Source: a virus (Duplodnaviria; Caudoviricetes). From it: DNA of 64,000 nucleotides. Shown piece by piece: positions 22,039 to 30,783 of this stretch. The position numbers were made by a program, and so were the translations under genes. The notes under the pieces were generated by a model. That model did not search any database. It saw only the letters and a program-made list of their open reading frames with translations, and was not told the DNA's origin. The stretch is taken from IMG/VR virus record IMGVR_UViG_3300032030_000026, positions 51,074 to 115,073 of that record; one strand, written 5' to 3'. Numbering within the stretch: the first letter of the stretch is position 1; every line of letters starts with the position of its first letter.

Positions 22039-22302
22039 TTAAGATTGTTGTTCTCTAATCTCCTTCATCTCCTTCCACCATTTCTCGCTATATTGATAGT
22101 CGTAGCTATATAATCCTACACTAATAAGTGTAATGGTGGGAATAAGAATGGCCAATACTATCCAGAATAGCGGAGTACAATAAGAGTATAATTGAATCAT
22201 TCCGCAAATCAAGCATATTCCGAGTATGGTGAGCAAAATTGCTGTCCAAATATTCGCTAATATCTCAACGATTCTTTCTATTCTTGTCATAATTTTATTC
22301 AA
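22039..22302 (-). CDS. small two-TM membrane protein
   Basis: two hydrophobic segments in 87 aa. Confidence 0.7.
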   Translation of the reverse strand: MNKIMTRIERIVEILANIWTAILLTILGICLICGMIQLYSYCTPLFWIVLAILIPTITLISVGLYSYDYQYSEKWWKEMKEIREQQS

Positions 22303-22304
22303 TT

Positions 22305-22889
22305 TTATTCTTCCGGAAGCTTATTTTGCGGCAACGCTTTATTGATCTCCGTTCTCTTAACGGCCAATCCCATCCTTGCGGCAATATCTATAGTTTCATC
22401 ATCCATATCGGATTTGGGGTTATCCGGGTTATATGGGGCCAATAGATTATTAGTGTCTAAGAAGCCATAAAACAATCCTTCTACGTGCATGTCAAACGAC
22501 TTTTGAAACATCTCATAAGCATATTTGAGCTCCAAATATTTAGCGGCGGTACATAGAACGACCATATTAGATCCTTTTGGGCGAAATTGACCGGATAGTT
22601 TTCGTACGCGTTTGGCATATTTGTCGTGAGCATCATTGCCAAAGTAAGTCATTTTGCTTACATGACAATATATAATGGCCACCTGTTGAAAAAGATCTTT
22701 ACATTTATAACCGGAAATCTTAAAGAAGTATGTTTGTTCTTTTTCATTAATAAGATCTTCTTCGGTGATTCCGTATTTTTGCATTAAAGAATTCAACAAG
22801 GATTCCGCCGAGATTTTTTCACCGGCTTCACCCTGTTCGGCAAGAGCCCTGATTTTATTAATTTTATTAATGATATCGTCTTTTGTCAT
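22305..22889 (-). CDS. DUF2786-domain protein
   Basis: probable start ATG 22889; KINKIRALAEQG..GE..A..L..LMQKYGI motif. Confidence 0.7.
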   Translation of the reverse strand: MTKDDIINKINKIRALAEQGEAGEKISAESLLNSLMQKYGITEEDLINEKEQTYFFKISGYKCKDLFQQVAIIYCHVSKMTYFGNDAHDKYAKRVRKLSGQFRPKGSNMVVLCTAAKYLELKYAYEMFQKSFDMHVEGLFYGFLDTNNLLAPYNPDNPKSDMDDETIDIAARMGLAVKRTEINKALPQNKLPEE

Positions 22890-22916
22890 TATTTTTCGAT
22901 CTTTTGATTTTGTGAT

Positions 22917-22946
22917 ATTATATAATCGGTTTTCAAAAAGGTTAAG
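22917..22946 (-). promoter_or_regulatory. phage early-type promoter CTTAA-N13-CGATTATATAAT
   Basis: one of four copies with identical spacing upstream of minus-strand genes. Confidence 0.7.
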
Positions 22947-22961
22947 AGGAAAAACTAACAA

Positions 22962-23156
22962 TTAGTCGGTAAACCCGCAGGAATTAAGATCTTTTCGATT
23001 TTGATATTCCTCCACCATAGCATCAGCTATATTAAAAGCCTCATTAGCTAGTTTTTTAGGAAGGAGCATGGCGGATATTTCGGCAAATTTTATACCGCTC
23101 TCTAAAATGCCTTGCATAGCGGCTATAGCGCAATTTTGATAAAATTCCTCATTCAT
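22962..23156 (-). CDS. hypothetical phage protein (AIAAMQGIL family)
   Basis: AxAAMQG..A..A..IADAM motif common in small phage proteins. Confidence 0.7.
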   Translation of the reverse strand: MNEEFYQNCAIAAMQGILESGIKFAEISAMLLPKKLANEAFNIADAMVEEYQNRKDLNSCGFTD

Positions 23157-23524
23157 AATCTTTCCTTCGATCCGATATCCGGGTTATCATGGGTGTGCCA
23201 CCAACATTCCTCTTTTTCTAAAAATGATTCTTTTTGACCCATGCCATCTAAAAACTCGGAATATTCTTTGTCAAGTTCGTCGGCCATCATCATAGCGGCC
23301 ACGCATAGTCCCTCTCTAAAGCCTTCTTGAAGATAATATAATTGCTCATCGGATATATCATCGGACTTGATAGTTTGTTTTCTCATATCTCGAACCCGGT
23401 TGATGACCTGTTTGAGTAACATGATTTTAATTGCCGCTCGTGTGGACAGTTCCTTTGAATATGATTTTCTCCGGTGAGGTGCATCGTCCGGAGCATCATG
23501 GGGTGGTATAGCATTTATAGGCAT
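23153..23524 (-). CDS. hypothetical protein
   Basis: 123-aa ORF, ATGA coupling with the next gene. Confidence 0.7.
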   Translation of the reverse strand: MPINAIPPHDAPDDAPHRRKSYSKELSTRAAIKIMLLKQVINRVRDMRKQTIKSDDISDEQLYYLQEGFREGLCVAAMMMADELDKEYSEFLDGMGQKESFLEKEECWWHTHDNPDIGSKERL

Positions 23525-23535
23525 GTGCTTAAGTT

Positions 23536-23793
23536 TTAATTATAAATGGAAATCACTTTAATACCCATAATCACATATCCTTCCTTGCAGTATTCTGGAT
23601 CATCCAATATATAGGTAACTTCCGCGATAATTTCTCTCCCGGAATATTCGCCGCCGAAAAATTCTTTTAGTTCGAGAATATCCTGTACATGAAAGTCTCT
23701 GTCATTTTTCCGGACTTCAAAAGTCTTATTTCCACTTTCTATCGCCCGATAATATTTCGGCATGATTTTTAATGTATGATGTTGTCTGCTCAT
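23536..23793 (-). CDS. ASCH/DUF3850 (PUA-like) domain protein
   Basis: HTLKI.P.YY.AI.SG.KTFEVRKNDRDF...D.L.L.E motif. Confidence 0.85.
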   Translation of the reverse strand: MSRQHHTLKIMPKYYRAIESGNKTFEVRKNDRDFHVQDILELKEFFGGEYSGREIIAEVTYILDDPEYCKEGYVIMGIKVISIYN

Positions 23794-23820
23794 AATTGAT
23801 GATTTTTTATTTCGAATAAC

Positions 23821-24060
23821 TTATACTAAATTTAATCTTATACCTATATACACTCGAATTGCATCATAATGTTCTCGGATGTAATTGGGATTGTTCGGAA
23901 TGGCCTCTATAGTATTGATAAATTCGTTCACTACCGTATCCGGATATTGAAGCAATGGAGTTAAATCTTTCGCGCCAATGTTTTTAACACCTTTTTCGAT
24001 AAGGTTGACAAATGTGTCTATTAAATTATCTACGTCTTTTAAGGAAAACTTCGGCTCCAT
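23821..24060 (-). CDS. hypothetical protein
   Basis: 79-aa ORF directly downstream of a promoter motif. Confidence 0.65.
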   Translation of the reverse strand: MEPKFSLKDVDNLIDTFVNLIEKGVKNIGAKDLTPLLQYPDTVVNEFINTIEAIPNNPNYIREHYDAIRVYIGIRLNLV

Positions 24061-24081
24061 AATTTTTTTTTAATTACTAAT

Positions 24082-24111
24082 TATATATAATCGAGTTCTT
24101 AATCTATTAAG
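24082..24111 (-). promoter_or_regulatory. phage early-type promoter CTTAA-N13-CGATTATATA
   Basis: same motif and spacing as the 22917, 25164 and 27032 copies. Confidence 0.65.
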
Positions 24112-24382
24112 ATATTTCTTTGCCGCATATAGGGCAATACTTAATAGGAATCCAAATATTGGCCACTTTTCTTTTATCGTCGGCAAAATACACATTTAGA
24201 TTAGATACTAATCCGTCTATATTGTGTCTTTTTCTAGAAATGGGTGTCGGAGGTATGATTGCCGCCATGACTTCGTAGTCCGGATAATCTTTAGTGTCAA
24301 CGGAAACCGGCAATAAATCTCTATATTTATGTTTATAAGCATCCATTTTATCGGATGTCAATGCTTCACAATATTTGCACAT
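24107..24382 (-). CDS. small zinc-ribbon protein
   Basis: MCKYCE...YCPICG. Confidence 0.7.
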   Translation of the reverse strand: MCKYCEALTSDKMDAYKHKYRDLLPVSVDTKDYPDYEVMAAIIPPTPISRKRHNIDGLVSNLNVYFADDKRKVANIWIPIKYCPICGKEIS

Positions 24383-24401
24383 ATCTTAATAGGTTATGAT
24401 C

Positions 24402-24800
24402 TTAATAGGTTATGCTATTAGACAAATACGCTTCAAAAAACTTTAGTTTTTCTTGTGCTATCTCTTCGGATTCGCAGTTGATATACATCTTATCGCCATC
24501 TAGAAAATGTACCACCACTTTAGCATCTTCCCAGATATATCCTTCTTCATCAAACCGGCGCTCTTCAATGTCCCTGTACTTTATAGCTTCTTCTTTTGTA
24601 TAAAATTCTTCCCGAAACAGACTGCCGCAGTCCCCATACATATCTTCTTCATAGACTTTTTTGGTGATTTTTTCACCGCCAAACCATGTGAGTTTTACTA
24701 TGGGTTCTCCTTTCTTATGAAGAAGCTGGAAACTTTTCCATTTTCTTTTGGGAATGTACTCCACATGGCTTAATTTTTCGAATATGATCTTTCTTTCCAT
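24402..24800 (-). CDS. hypothetical protein
   Basis: 132-aa ORF in the small-gene block. Confidence 0.7.
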   Translation of the reverse strand: MERKIIFEKLSHVEYIPKRKWKSFQLLHKKGEPIVKLTWFGGEKITKKVYEEDMYGDCGSLFREEFYTKEEAIKYRDIEERRFDEEGYIWEDAKVVVHFLDGDKMYINCESEEIAQEKLKFFEAYLSNSITY

Positions 24801-24807
24801 AGCGAAC

Positions 24808-25140
24808 TTATTTTAAATATTCTTTTTCAAATTCGTCTGTTTTGAGAGGAAAATATCGTTGTCCTGGTAACTGCTTTAAATCATATCCATTACAATATTC
24901 TAACAATATTGGATATTTCTTAAAAATTGGATCTGTATAATGAAAATCAAACCAAGTATACATGTCACGATCTTCCGGATTGTTGGAGGACTTATATTTA
25001 TCTCCATATATAGAAAGATAGTTTCTATCTGTAGTGTAAATCTTACCAGGTTTCTCCCTAAGAGTTATTCCGCAAGTTCCCTTATACAAATAGAGTCCTG
25101 TGATTTTATGTTTTAATACATATGGTTTTTGTCTATTCAT
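24808..25140 (-). CDS. hypothetical protein
   Basis: 110-aa ORF (Y.LKHK.TGLY start) downstream of a promoter motif. Confidence 0.7.
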   Translation of the reverse strand: MNRQKPYVLKHKITGLYLYKGTCGITLREKPGKIYTTDRNYLSIYGDKYKSSNNPEDRDMYTWFDFHYTDPIFKKYPILLEYCNGYDLKQLPGQRYFPLKTDEFEKEYLK

Positions 25141-25163
25141 TATTATAAGAATTTCTTTATGAT

Positions 25164-25193
25164 ATTATATAACCGGAATTTAAAAAGGTTAAG
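25164..25193 (-). promoter_or_regulatory. phage early-type promoter CTTAA-N13-CGGTTATATAAT
   Basis: same motif and spacing as the other three copies. Confidence 0.7.
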
Positions 25194-25401
25194 TTGTTTT
25201 TCTCCAAGCACAATCCTTTTTAAAACATTTCATGTCGTTGGAAACATACCAAAGAGCTTTGAATTGTTCGTTAATCTCCCGATATTCGGACTTCCAGTGT
25301 CTATATTTATTCTTATATACTCTATAAAGATTATAAAAATACACACAAAGAACCAATAAGATTACGGATACAAAAATTAAAATCACTGATAATAATGTCA
25401 T
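25189..25401 (-). CDS. small membrane-anchored protein
   Basis: N-terminal TM helix, ATGA coupling with the upstream gene. Confidence 0.6.
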   Translation of the reverse strand: MTLLSVILIFVSVILLVLCVYFYNLYRVYKNKYRHWKSEYREINEQFKALWYVSNDMKCFKKDCAWRKTT

Positions 25402-25670
25402 AGGTTTGATTTTTGTTGAAAATTTTCACATTTATCACAATCGTGCACAAACATCCGGGATTCGCCGGATTCGTCGGCGAGATTGCATCTTCCCCGATCC
25501 TCAATAAGGTCATCCAGAACTATATTGATACTTTTGTAATGCACACAATTCCTACAAATGTTAGATTCATTAGTTTCTTTATACTTCATCCATTTATGAA
25601 CCACCACGCATAGTATAATGAGACTTGTGATGAAGAAAATTACAAAAAATGCACAAATTGATTTTATCAT
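25398..25670 (-). CDS. membrane-anchored Cys-rich protein
   Basis: N-terminal TM helix then C..C.HY...G.C...C..F. Confidence 0.65.
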   Translation of the reverse strand: MIKSICAFFVIFFITSLIILCVVVHKWMKYKETNESNICRNCVHYKSINIVLDDLIEDRGRCNLADESGESRMFVHDCDKCENFQQKSNL

Positions 25671-25681
25671 AATGTTATAAA

Positions 25682-27013
25682 TTAAAATTCAAAAATCTTT
25701 CTAAATTGATCATCATCCCAGTCTCTCCAGTTATCTGCTGTGATCATTATATGTTTGTCACCAATGCCTTCATTATAAATTCCGCGTGGATAGAACTTCT
25801 CTGTATACTCGGCCAGACGATCTCTCTGTCTCGAGGTAAACGGAAGATCTCTCATAGCCGATCCGGTGTCAATCAGAGAGTAACCGGAATAGCGAACACT
25901 TCCCTCATGGAACCGTACCCAGCCCATCTTATCAAGATACCAATCCCTGTTGAAATTATCGCAGGGAAGTTCTTTCATACTCGACCAGTTCTCAAACACC
26001 GCATCCGCGATGTCAAGGTGGGCAAGCCGAGATTCCTCACCGTCCATAGCCAGCACATTACCGTCTCGGTCGATGAATCCTGCGGTCCAGTTGTGATCGA
26101 ATTTCACCGGCTCGGAGATGTCTCTTCTCTCAGGCTCTTTTCTTGCGGCCACGAATCTGTCTAGTTCATCAAAGACTGTTGCTCCGGCGATATTGTCGCA
26201 TTGTCTAGACACAGCATAGTCGGATGTATGTTCTTCTAGATATTGGTGAGTAGCATTCCATTCTTTCAGTCCGTCTTCGTCAAGCTCTTTCATCACGCTG
26301 AGCAGTTTGGCAAGATCGGAAACAATCGCCATATATTCTGTGAAGCCCTCGCATTCTCCGGAGCAAGCAAGATTTTCCATCATCCATTCACGGACTCGGA
26401 TCAGTTTCAATCCTTCGTTCACGTATTTTCTGAGCCCCTCCAAGTCATTGAAGATGTCGCTCACTCGCTGAGAAAAACACCTAGTGAGCTCGCCAGACTC
26501 GATGATCTGCTGCATCTGGTAGTCGTTGGTCATCCAGATTCTAGCGAGATCCATCGGAGTGAATCGTGCGCCGACTGACCAGTGCCAGCCTTTTGGCAGA
26601 TCAAAGATCGCTTCAGCATGGTCGATGTCAAGATCGTACAGCAGCACGTTAGAGAAGAATTGATAGAGATGTTTTTGCAAATACTCGCCCTGCTCGACAA
26701 GGTCAAATCCCTCTTTGTGGATGGTGTGATAAAGAAAATGAGGATCGAATTTGTGATACTCTTCGTAGTCGCCTTCGGGTAGCTCGTCTTTAGAGCAGAT
26801 ACCCATCGTTCCTCCGTCTATGACATAGAGGAATAGCTGGGAACGCAGGATCGGCGCCACATACTGCTCGGGACAGCCGGACAGCACTAGAGCGTCCCAA
26901 GCCTTTTGCGGTTCCATCTCGCAGAACAGATGCTCATGAGCGATGTTCTGGAGCATGATGCCGGCGTTAGCGCCGAGCGAGAAGTGAAGGGTATGTTTTT
27001 CAGTGTTTGCCAT
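25682..27013 (-). CDS. hypothetical protein, GC-rich insertion
   Basis: 443 aa; about 50% GC in a sampled line versus AT-rich flanks; C-terminal GFIDRDG..H..IA..GWVRF motif. Confidence 0.8.
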   Translation of the reverse strand: MANTEKHTLHFSLGANAGIMLQNIAHEHLFCEMEPQKAWDALVLSGCPEQYVAPILRSQLFLYVIDGGTMGICSKDELPEGDYEEYHKFDPHFLYHTIHKEGFDLVEQGEYLQKHLYQFFSNVLLYDLDIDHAEAIFDLPKGWHWSVGARFTPMDLARIWMTNDYQMQQIIESGELTRCFSQRVSDIFNDLEGLRKYVNEGLKLIRVREWMMENLACSGECEGFTEYMAIVSDLAKLLSVMKELDEDGLKEWNATHQYLEEHTSDYAVSRQCDNIAGATVFDELDRFVAARKEPERRDISEPVKFDHNWTAGFIDRDGNVLAMDGEESRLAHLDIADAVFENWSSMKELPCDNFNRDWYLDKMGWVRFHEGSVRYSGYSLIDTGSAMRDLPFTSRQRDRLAEYTEKFYPRGIYNEGIGDKHIMITADNWRDWDDDQFRKIFEF

Positions 27014-27031
27014 ATTATCAAAATTTACAAT

Positions 27032-27061
27032 ATTATATAATCGCCTTTGTAAACAATTAAG
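27032..27061 (-). promoter_or_regulatory. phage early-type promoter CTTAA-N13-CGATTATATAAT
   Basis: fourth copy, immediately downstream of a terminator. Confidence 0.7.
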
Positions 27062-27063
27062 AT

Positions 27064-27088
27064 AAAAAAAAAGACCCTAGGGGTCTTT
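27064..27088 (-). terminator. intrinsic terminator
   Basis: AAAGACCC-tag-GGGTCTTT hairpin with a T-tract on the minus strand. Confidence 0.75.
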
Positions 27089-27091
27089 ATA

Positions 27092-27754
27092 TTATAATTC
27101 CGTACTTATTTTTTCTAATTCATCCGGTTCCGGAGGTGTATCTTGAAAATTATCATCGAATGCTTTTGAAAATTGTTCTACAAGAGATTCTCGAATATCT
27201 TCACCGTTTAAATTATTACACATATAGTTTTTAATATCTTTTATATCCACCCCCATAACCTGTGCGGATGTTTTTAGTTTATCCATATAATCCTGGGTGA
27301 TATCAATTTTAATATTAAAATCTATTTTCGGGTATCCGAGGTTATCCATCATCCGTTTGATAATAATATCATTTGCGGACTCTGGTGATATTGGTTTGGA
27401 CTCCGATGATGCGGGTTTGCCGGTTTCTATAGGTTTTTGATTTTGTTTTGAGTCTAAATTAGATCCCACACTCGGTGTATTAATAAACACGTCTCCAAGT
27501 TCATCCGAAGACAATCCCTGCATAAGGGCAGCTCTATTGATTTTTGGTGCGGTAGGTGTTTTTGGTTTGCTAATTGGTTCTTCCGATTGGATATAGTCAC
27601 GAAGTACATCGCCGCTAATCATCCTACCGTCGTACGTTTGTATGCTCATACCAGTTCCATCAAAAAATACGCTGCGTACTTTGAAATGATCCGACCCGTC
27701 TTGTTTCCACCAGGTGGTGTTCTCGATATCAAAATTTACTCCTTGACTGTACAT
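27092..27754 (-). CDS. hypothetical protein
   Basis: 220-aa ORF, last gene of the hub run. Confidence 0.7.
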   Translation of the reverse strand: MYSQGVNFDIENTTWWKQDGSDHFKVRSVFFDGTGMSIQTYDGRMISGDVLRDYIQSEEPISKPKTPTAPKINRAALMQGLSSDELGDVFINTPSVGSNLDSKQNQKPIETGKPASSESKPISPESANDIIIKRMMDNLGYPKIDFNIKIDITQDYMDKLKTSAQVMGVDIKDIKNYMCNNLNGEDIRESLVEQFSKAFDDNFQDTPPEPDELEKISTEL

Positions 27755-28329
27755 TAATCAAAATTTTTTATATAAATATCCAAAAGGTCTGGGTGTTTTA
27801 CTATAGAATATAATATTGTAGCAACCCGCCTAGGATCCTCATTGAAGAAATAAATATGTTGTTTATCGTATACTCTGTCTATAAACCCTTGTATATTAAA
27901 ACTTTCATTATCTTCTTGTATTTGAAAATCATGTGTATATTTATTTTCAGCCATATAGTTGAATCTAAAATCGGAAGTATTGTCTAGCCATATGATAGTA
28001 ACATCCATTTTATCCCATGTTTTTTGAGGAATCTTGACTATATGATCTATGCCCATATATATTACATCATTTCTATCATATTCATAAAAAGAGAGCCCTT
28101 CCAGAAATTTTTCTCTCTGGAAGCACTCTTGGATGAATATATATGAATTGGTTTCTTCAATATTCTCAATATCCGAATAATCATATATAATTTTGGATAA
28201 TGTATAAGATCGCGGGTCTATTTCGGAGATGCTGCGAAAAATATGGCCTATGGATAATCCCAATCGTCCGGCTTCTTCAACAACCTCGGGGAGTCCGCAT
28301 CCTTGTCTGCCTATAATCAGATATTTCAT
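27754..28329 (-). CDS. guanylate-kinase-like P-loop protein with a degenerate Walker A
   Basis: YLIIGRQGCGLP (Lys missing), IIWLD....RF pattern. Confidence 0.45.
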   Translation of the reverse strand: MKYLIIGRQGCGLPEVVEEAGRLGLSIGHIFRSISEIDPRSYTLSKIIYDYSDIENIEETNSYIFIQECFQREKFLEGLSFYEYDRNDVIYMGIDHIVKIPQKTWDKMDVTIIWLDNTSDFRFNYMAENKYTHDFQIQEDNESFNIQGFIDRVYDKQHIYFFNEDPRRVATILYSIVKHPDLLDIYIKNFD

Positions 28330-28637
28330 AGTCTTGGTATTTTATTAAAACTCGGCATTCGTGGAGCACTTGGCATTTTAGGTATCGACCTTTGAGCCTG
28401 CCGTTGATAAGAATTTGGGTTATACTGGCGTGAGGATTTTCCCTTCTCCGCCTCCTCCTGTCTCTTATTTTCCTCTTCTATGATATCCTGCATGGATTTC
28501 AGATATTCTTCATATTCCCAATATGGCATTCTATCAATTTCGGAAGGCTGTGTACGGCACGAATATGCTAATCTGGCTTTATTTTGAACCAAATTTGCTA
28601 TGTTTACCTTGAACAGAGAATAAATACTTGATTCCAT
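28326..28637 (-). CDS. T4 gp51-like baseplate hub assembly protein / tail chaperone C-terminal part
   Basis: SEIDRMPYWEYEEYL..I.EEN motif directly after the gp26-like gene; probable start 28637. Confidence 0.55.
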   Translation of the reverse strand: MESSIYSLFKVNIANLVQNKARLAYSCRTQPSEIDRMPYWEYEEYLKSMQDIIEEENKRQEEAEKGKSSRQYNPNSYQRQAQRSIPKMPSAPRMPSFNKIPRL

Positions 28638-29625
28638 TGGGAAACCGCACGGTGCTGCGCACCTCCTCACCGCAGTTTGGACATTTCATGGATAATTTCT
28701 CCGATGGATTGATCAGAATATTCCGGCGGACTTCATCCAAGAATAAGAACATATCTTGATTCCAAGATTTATATTCTCTTTGACAATCTTTAATCATTCT
28801 ATCCAGCAGAGTGGGATCTTTAGGGGCTTTTTCTAACATGAACGGCAAGAATTTGATGAACGTCTCATCTATATTCTTTCCGGTTTCCGATTGTGCATAT
28901 AGCCATTGGATGATAGCATTGTCTTTTTGCAATGTCGGAATATAGAATTTAATAGTTTTGCCCGGCAGATTATAATCATTAGGATCAATAACCCATGTTC
29001 TGGATTCGGAATCCAGGTGTTTTTCTATGACTTCTTCGTCCGGAAGCTCATAATAAAGATCATCGGCGCGAAGCACGAAATGCAGATTTTCACCACAATT
29101 GTCACATTCTTCATCAAACTCCAGTGCCTGCTCGCCTTTTTGGAATGTATATTCACGGACTTTGAGAATAAACCAGAATCTATCCCAGGAATTGATCTTA
29201 TCCCACCCCAGCTTGCCGGTAGGTGTAGATATGGATACACAAGATTTGATAATCTCATTCATCACGTTATTAACCACCGCAATATTCTCTTCATCAATAC
29301 TAGACCAGTTCTTGATAGCGTCAACGGTAGCGGGTTTCACTCTGAACTGCCAATCCGCGGGATAAAATCTGGATCTCTCTCCCATAGAAGCCCTATCAAT
29401 AGGAATCCAACCTCCGGTGATATCATAATATCTGTCATCTTCCCTAGATGGTCTTTCTTTATGAGTGGCTTTATTAAAGGCTTCAAATGCTGCTTGTTCG
29501 TCTGTTGAAAGAGCATCTTGCTGACCCGGGATGTGTTTCATCTTGCCCAAATCATGTATTTCTTCTTGAGGCTCTCCCCCAAAATTGCCAATTTCGTTTT
29601 CTAAAATTTTATTTACATCAGACAT
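28579..29625 (-). CDS. T4 gp26-like baseplate hub subunit / tail assembly chaperone
   Basis: VKP.T....WDRFWFILKVRE.T, CDNCG and CPNCG zinc pairs. Confidence 0.6.
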   Translation of the reverse strand: MSDVNKILENEIGNFGGEPQEEIHDLGKMKHIPGQQDALSTDEQAAFEAFNKATHKERPSREDDRYYDITGGWIPIDRASMGERSRFYPADWQFRVKPATVDAIKNWSSIDEENIAVVNNVMNEIIKSCVSISTPTGKLGWDKINSWDRFWFILKVREYTFQKGEQALEFDEECDNCGENLHFVLRADDLYYELPDEEVIEKHLDSESRTWVIDPNDYNLPGKTIKFYIPTLQKDNAIIQWLYAQSETGKNIDETFIKFLPFMLEKAPKDPTLLDRMIKDCQREYKSWNQDMFLFLDEVRRNILINPSEKLSMKCPNCGEEVRSTVRFPNGIKYLFSVQGKHSKFGSK

Positions 29626-29689
29626 ATTATGTCATTTAATTTATTGTAAAGTATAATAATGTGAAAACGGTTTTTAAGTTTTTAAAGAT

Positions 29690-29714
29690 AAAAAAAGACC
29701 TGAAAGGGTCTTTT
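29690..29714 (-). terminator. intrinsic terminator
   Basis: AAAAGACC-tgaaag-GGTCTTTT with T-tract. Confidence 0.7.
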
Positions 29715-29738
29715 ATAATAAATATTTCCGATATTAAT

Positions 29739-30779
29739 TCACTTTGATTTCCAATAACTATATATTCCTTTATCTAGTTCAAATGCATTCCATTGATACC
29801 AATCTCCTATGGGATTTTTCTCTTGAACCCATTTCCACATGTTCTCGATACCTTCATAAACGGAAATATTATCTTTATAGTCTAATAATTGAATAGACTT
29901 AGTTGGGTTGACATCGCAGAACTTGATTTCATTCCGCGGTTCCAAATATACTTTTTCGGTAGTTCCGGTAATCTCCAGTACCATATTCGCTAAATCATTA
30001 AGAGAATACTTTTTGATACCTCCTAGATTGATGATTTGGTTATCGGTGCTTCTATCCTCCATGCATCTATACAAAGGTTCTAGAATATTAGTGACCTCAG
30101 TAAAGCAACGGGTCTGCTCTCCATCACCATAAATAGTGATCGGATCTCCATCATAGATATGGTGCATCCAGATTCCCAAAACATTCCGATAAGTATCATT
30201 CATATTCTGGTTTCTTCCGAATACATTATGGGGTCTTATAATAGTCCATTTTAACCCGAAATACTCTCCGGAGACTTCAATATCTTTTTCACAAGCCGCT
30301 TTAGATATAGCATATGGGTCTTTTGGGGATGGTCTTTGTGATTCCAAATATGGAGGTATGCAATCACCATATATGGACATGGAAGATGTATATATGAGTT
30401 TTTTCACACCATATTTGACACACATATTGAAGATGTTAGATGTGGCTACCATATTGTTCTTATAATTGAAGGATCTCATAAAATAAGAAAGAATCTCGGC
30501 GGCATAAGCGGCAAAGTGATAAACGTATTTTATATGGTATTGAGAAAATATCTTATCCAGTTCTTCCGGAGCATTGTCGGATGCTAGATCTATCTTAAAA
30601 TTACGTACATTAGAAATCGAAAAATGATTTCCCCAGTCCGCTTCTAAATCAATACCTATAATTCCCGGATAGAATCCGGATTCATCTAATTGAAGATGGT
30701 TGCGATTTATAATATGCTCTATAAATCTAGATCCTATGAGACCCGAGGATCCTGTCACTAATATATATTCGTTATCCAT
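29739..30779 (-). CDS. NAD-dependent nucleotide-sugar epimerase/dehydratase
   Basis: LVTGSSGLIG, HFAA, TSS, PYAISK (YxxxK), RPHNVFG, IYGDGEQTRCF; start ATG 30779 just after the terminase stop. Confidence 0.9.
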   Translation of the reverse strand: MDNEYILVTGSSGLIGSRFIEHIINRNHLQLDESGFYPGIIGIDLEADWGNHFSISNVRNFKIDLASDNAPEELDKIFSQYHIKYVYHFAAYAAEILSYFMRSFNYKNNMVATSNIFNMCVKYGVKKLIYTSSMSIYGDCIPPYLESQRPSPKDPYAISKAACEKDIEVSGEYFGLKWTIIRPHNVFGRNQNMNDTYRNVLGIWMHHIYDGDPITIYGDGEQTRCFTEVTNILEPLYRCMEDRSTDNQIINLGGIKKYSLNDLANMVLEITGTTEKVYLEPRNEIKFCDVNPTKSIQLLDYKDNISVYEGIENMWKWVQEKNPIGDWYQWNAFELDKGIYSYWKSK

Positions 30780-30783
30780 ATCA

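Noticed and set aside
24383-24414. 16-bp tandem duplication ATCTTAATAGGTTATG at a gene boundary
   Set aside because: Real but single; most simply a local slippage event with no sign of a mobile element
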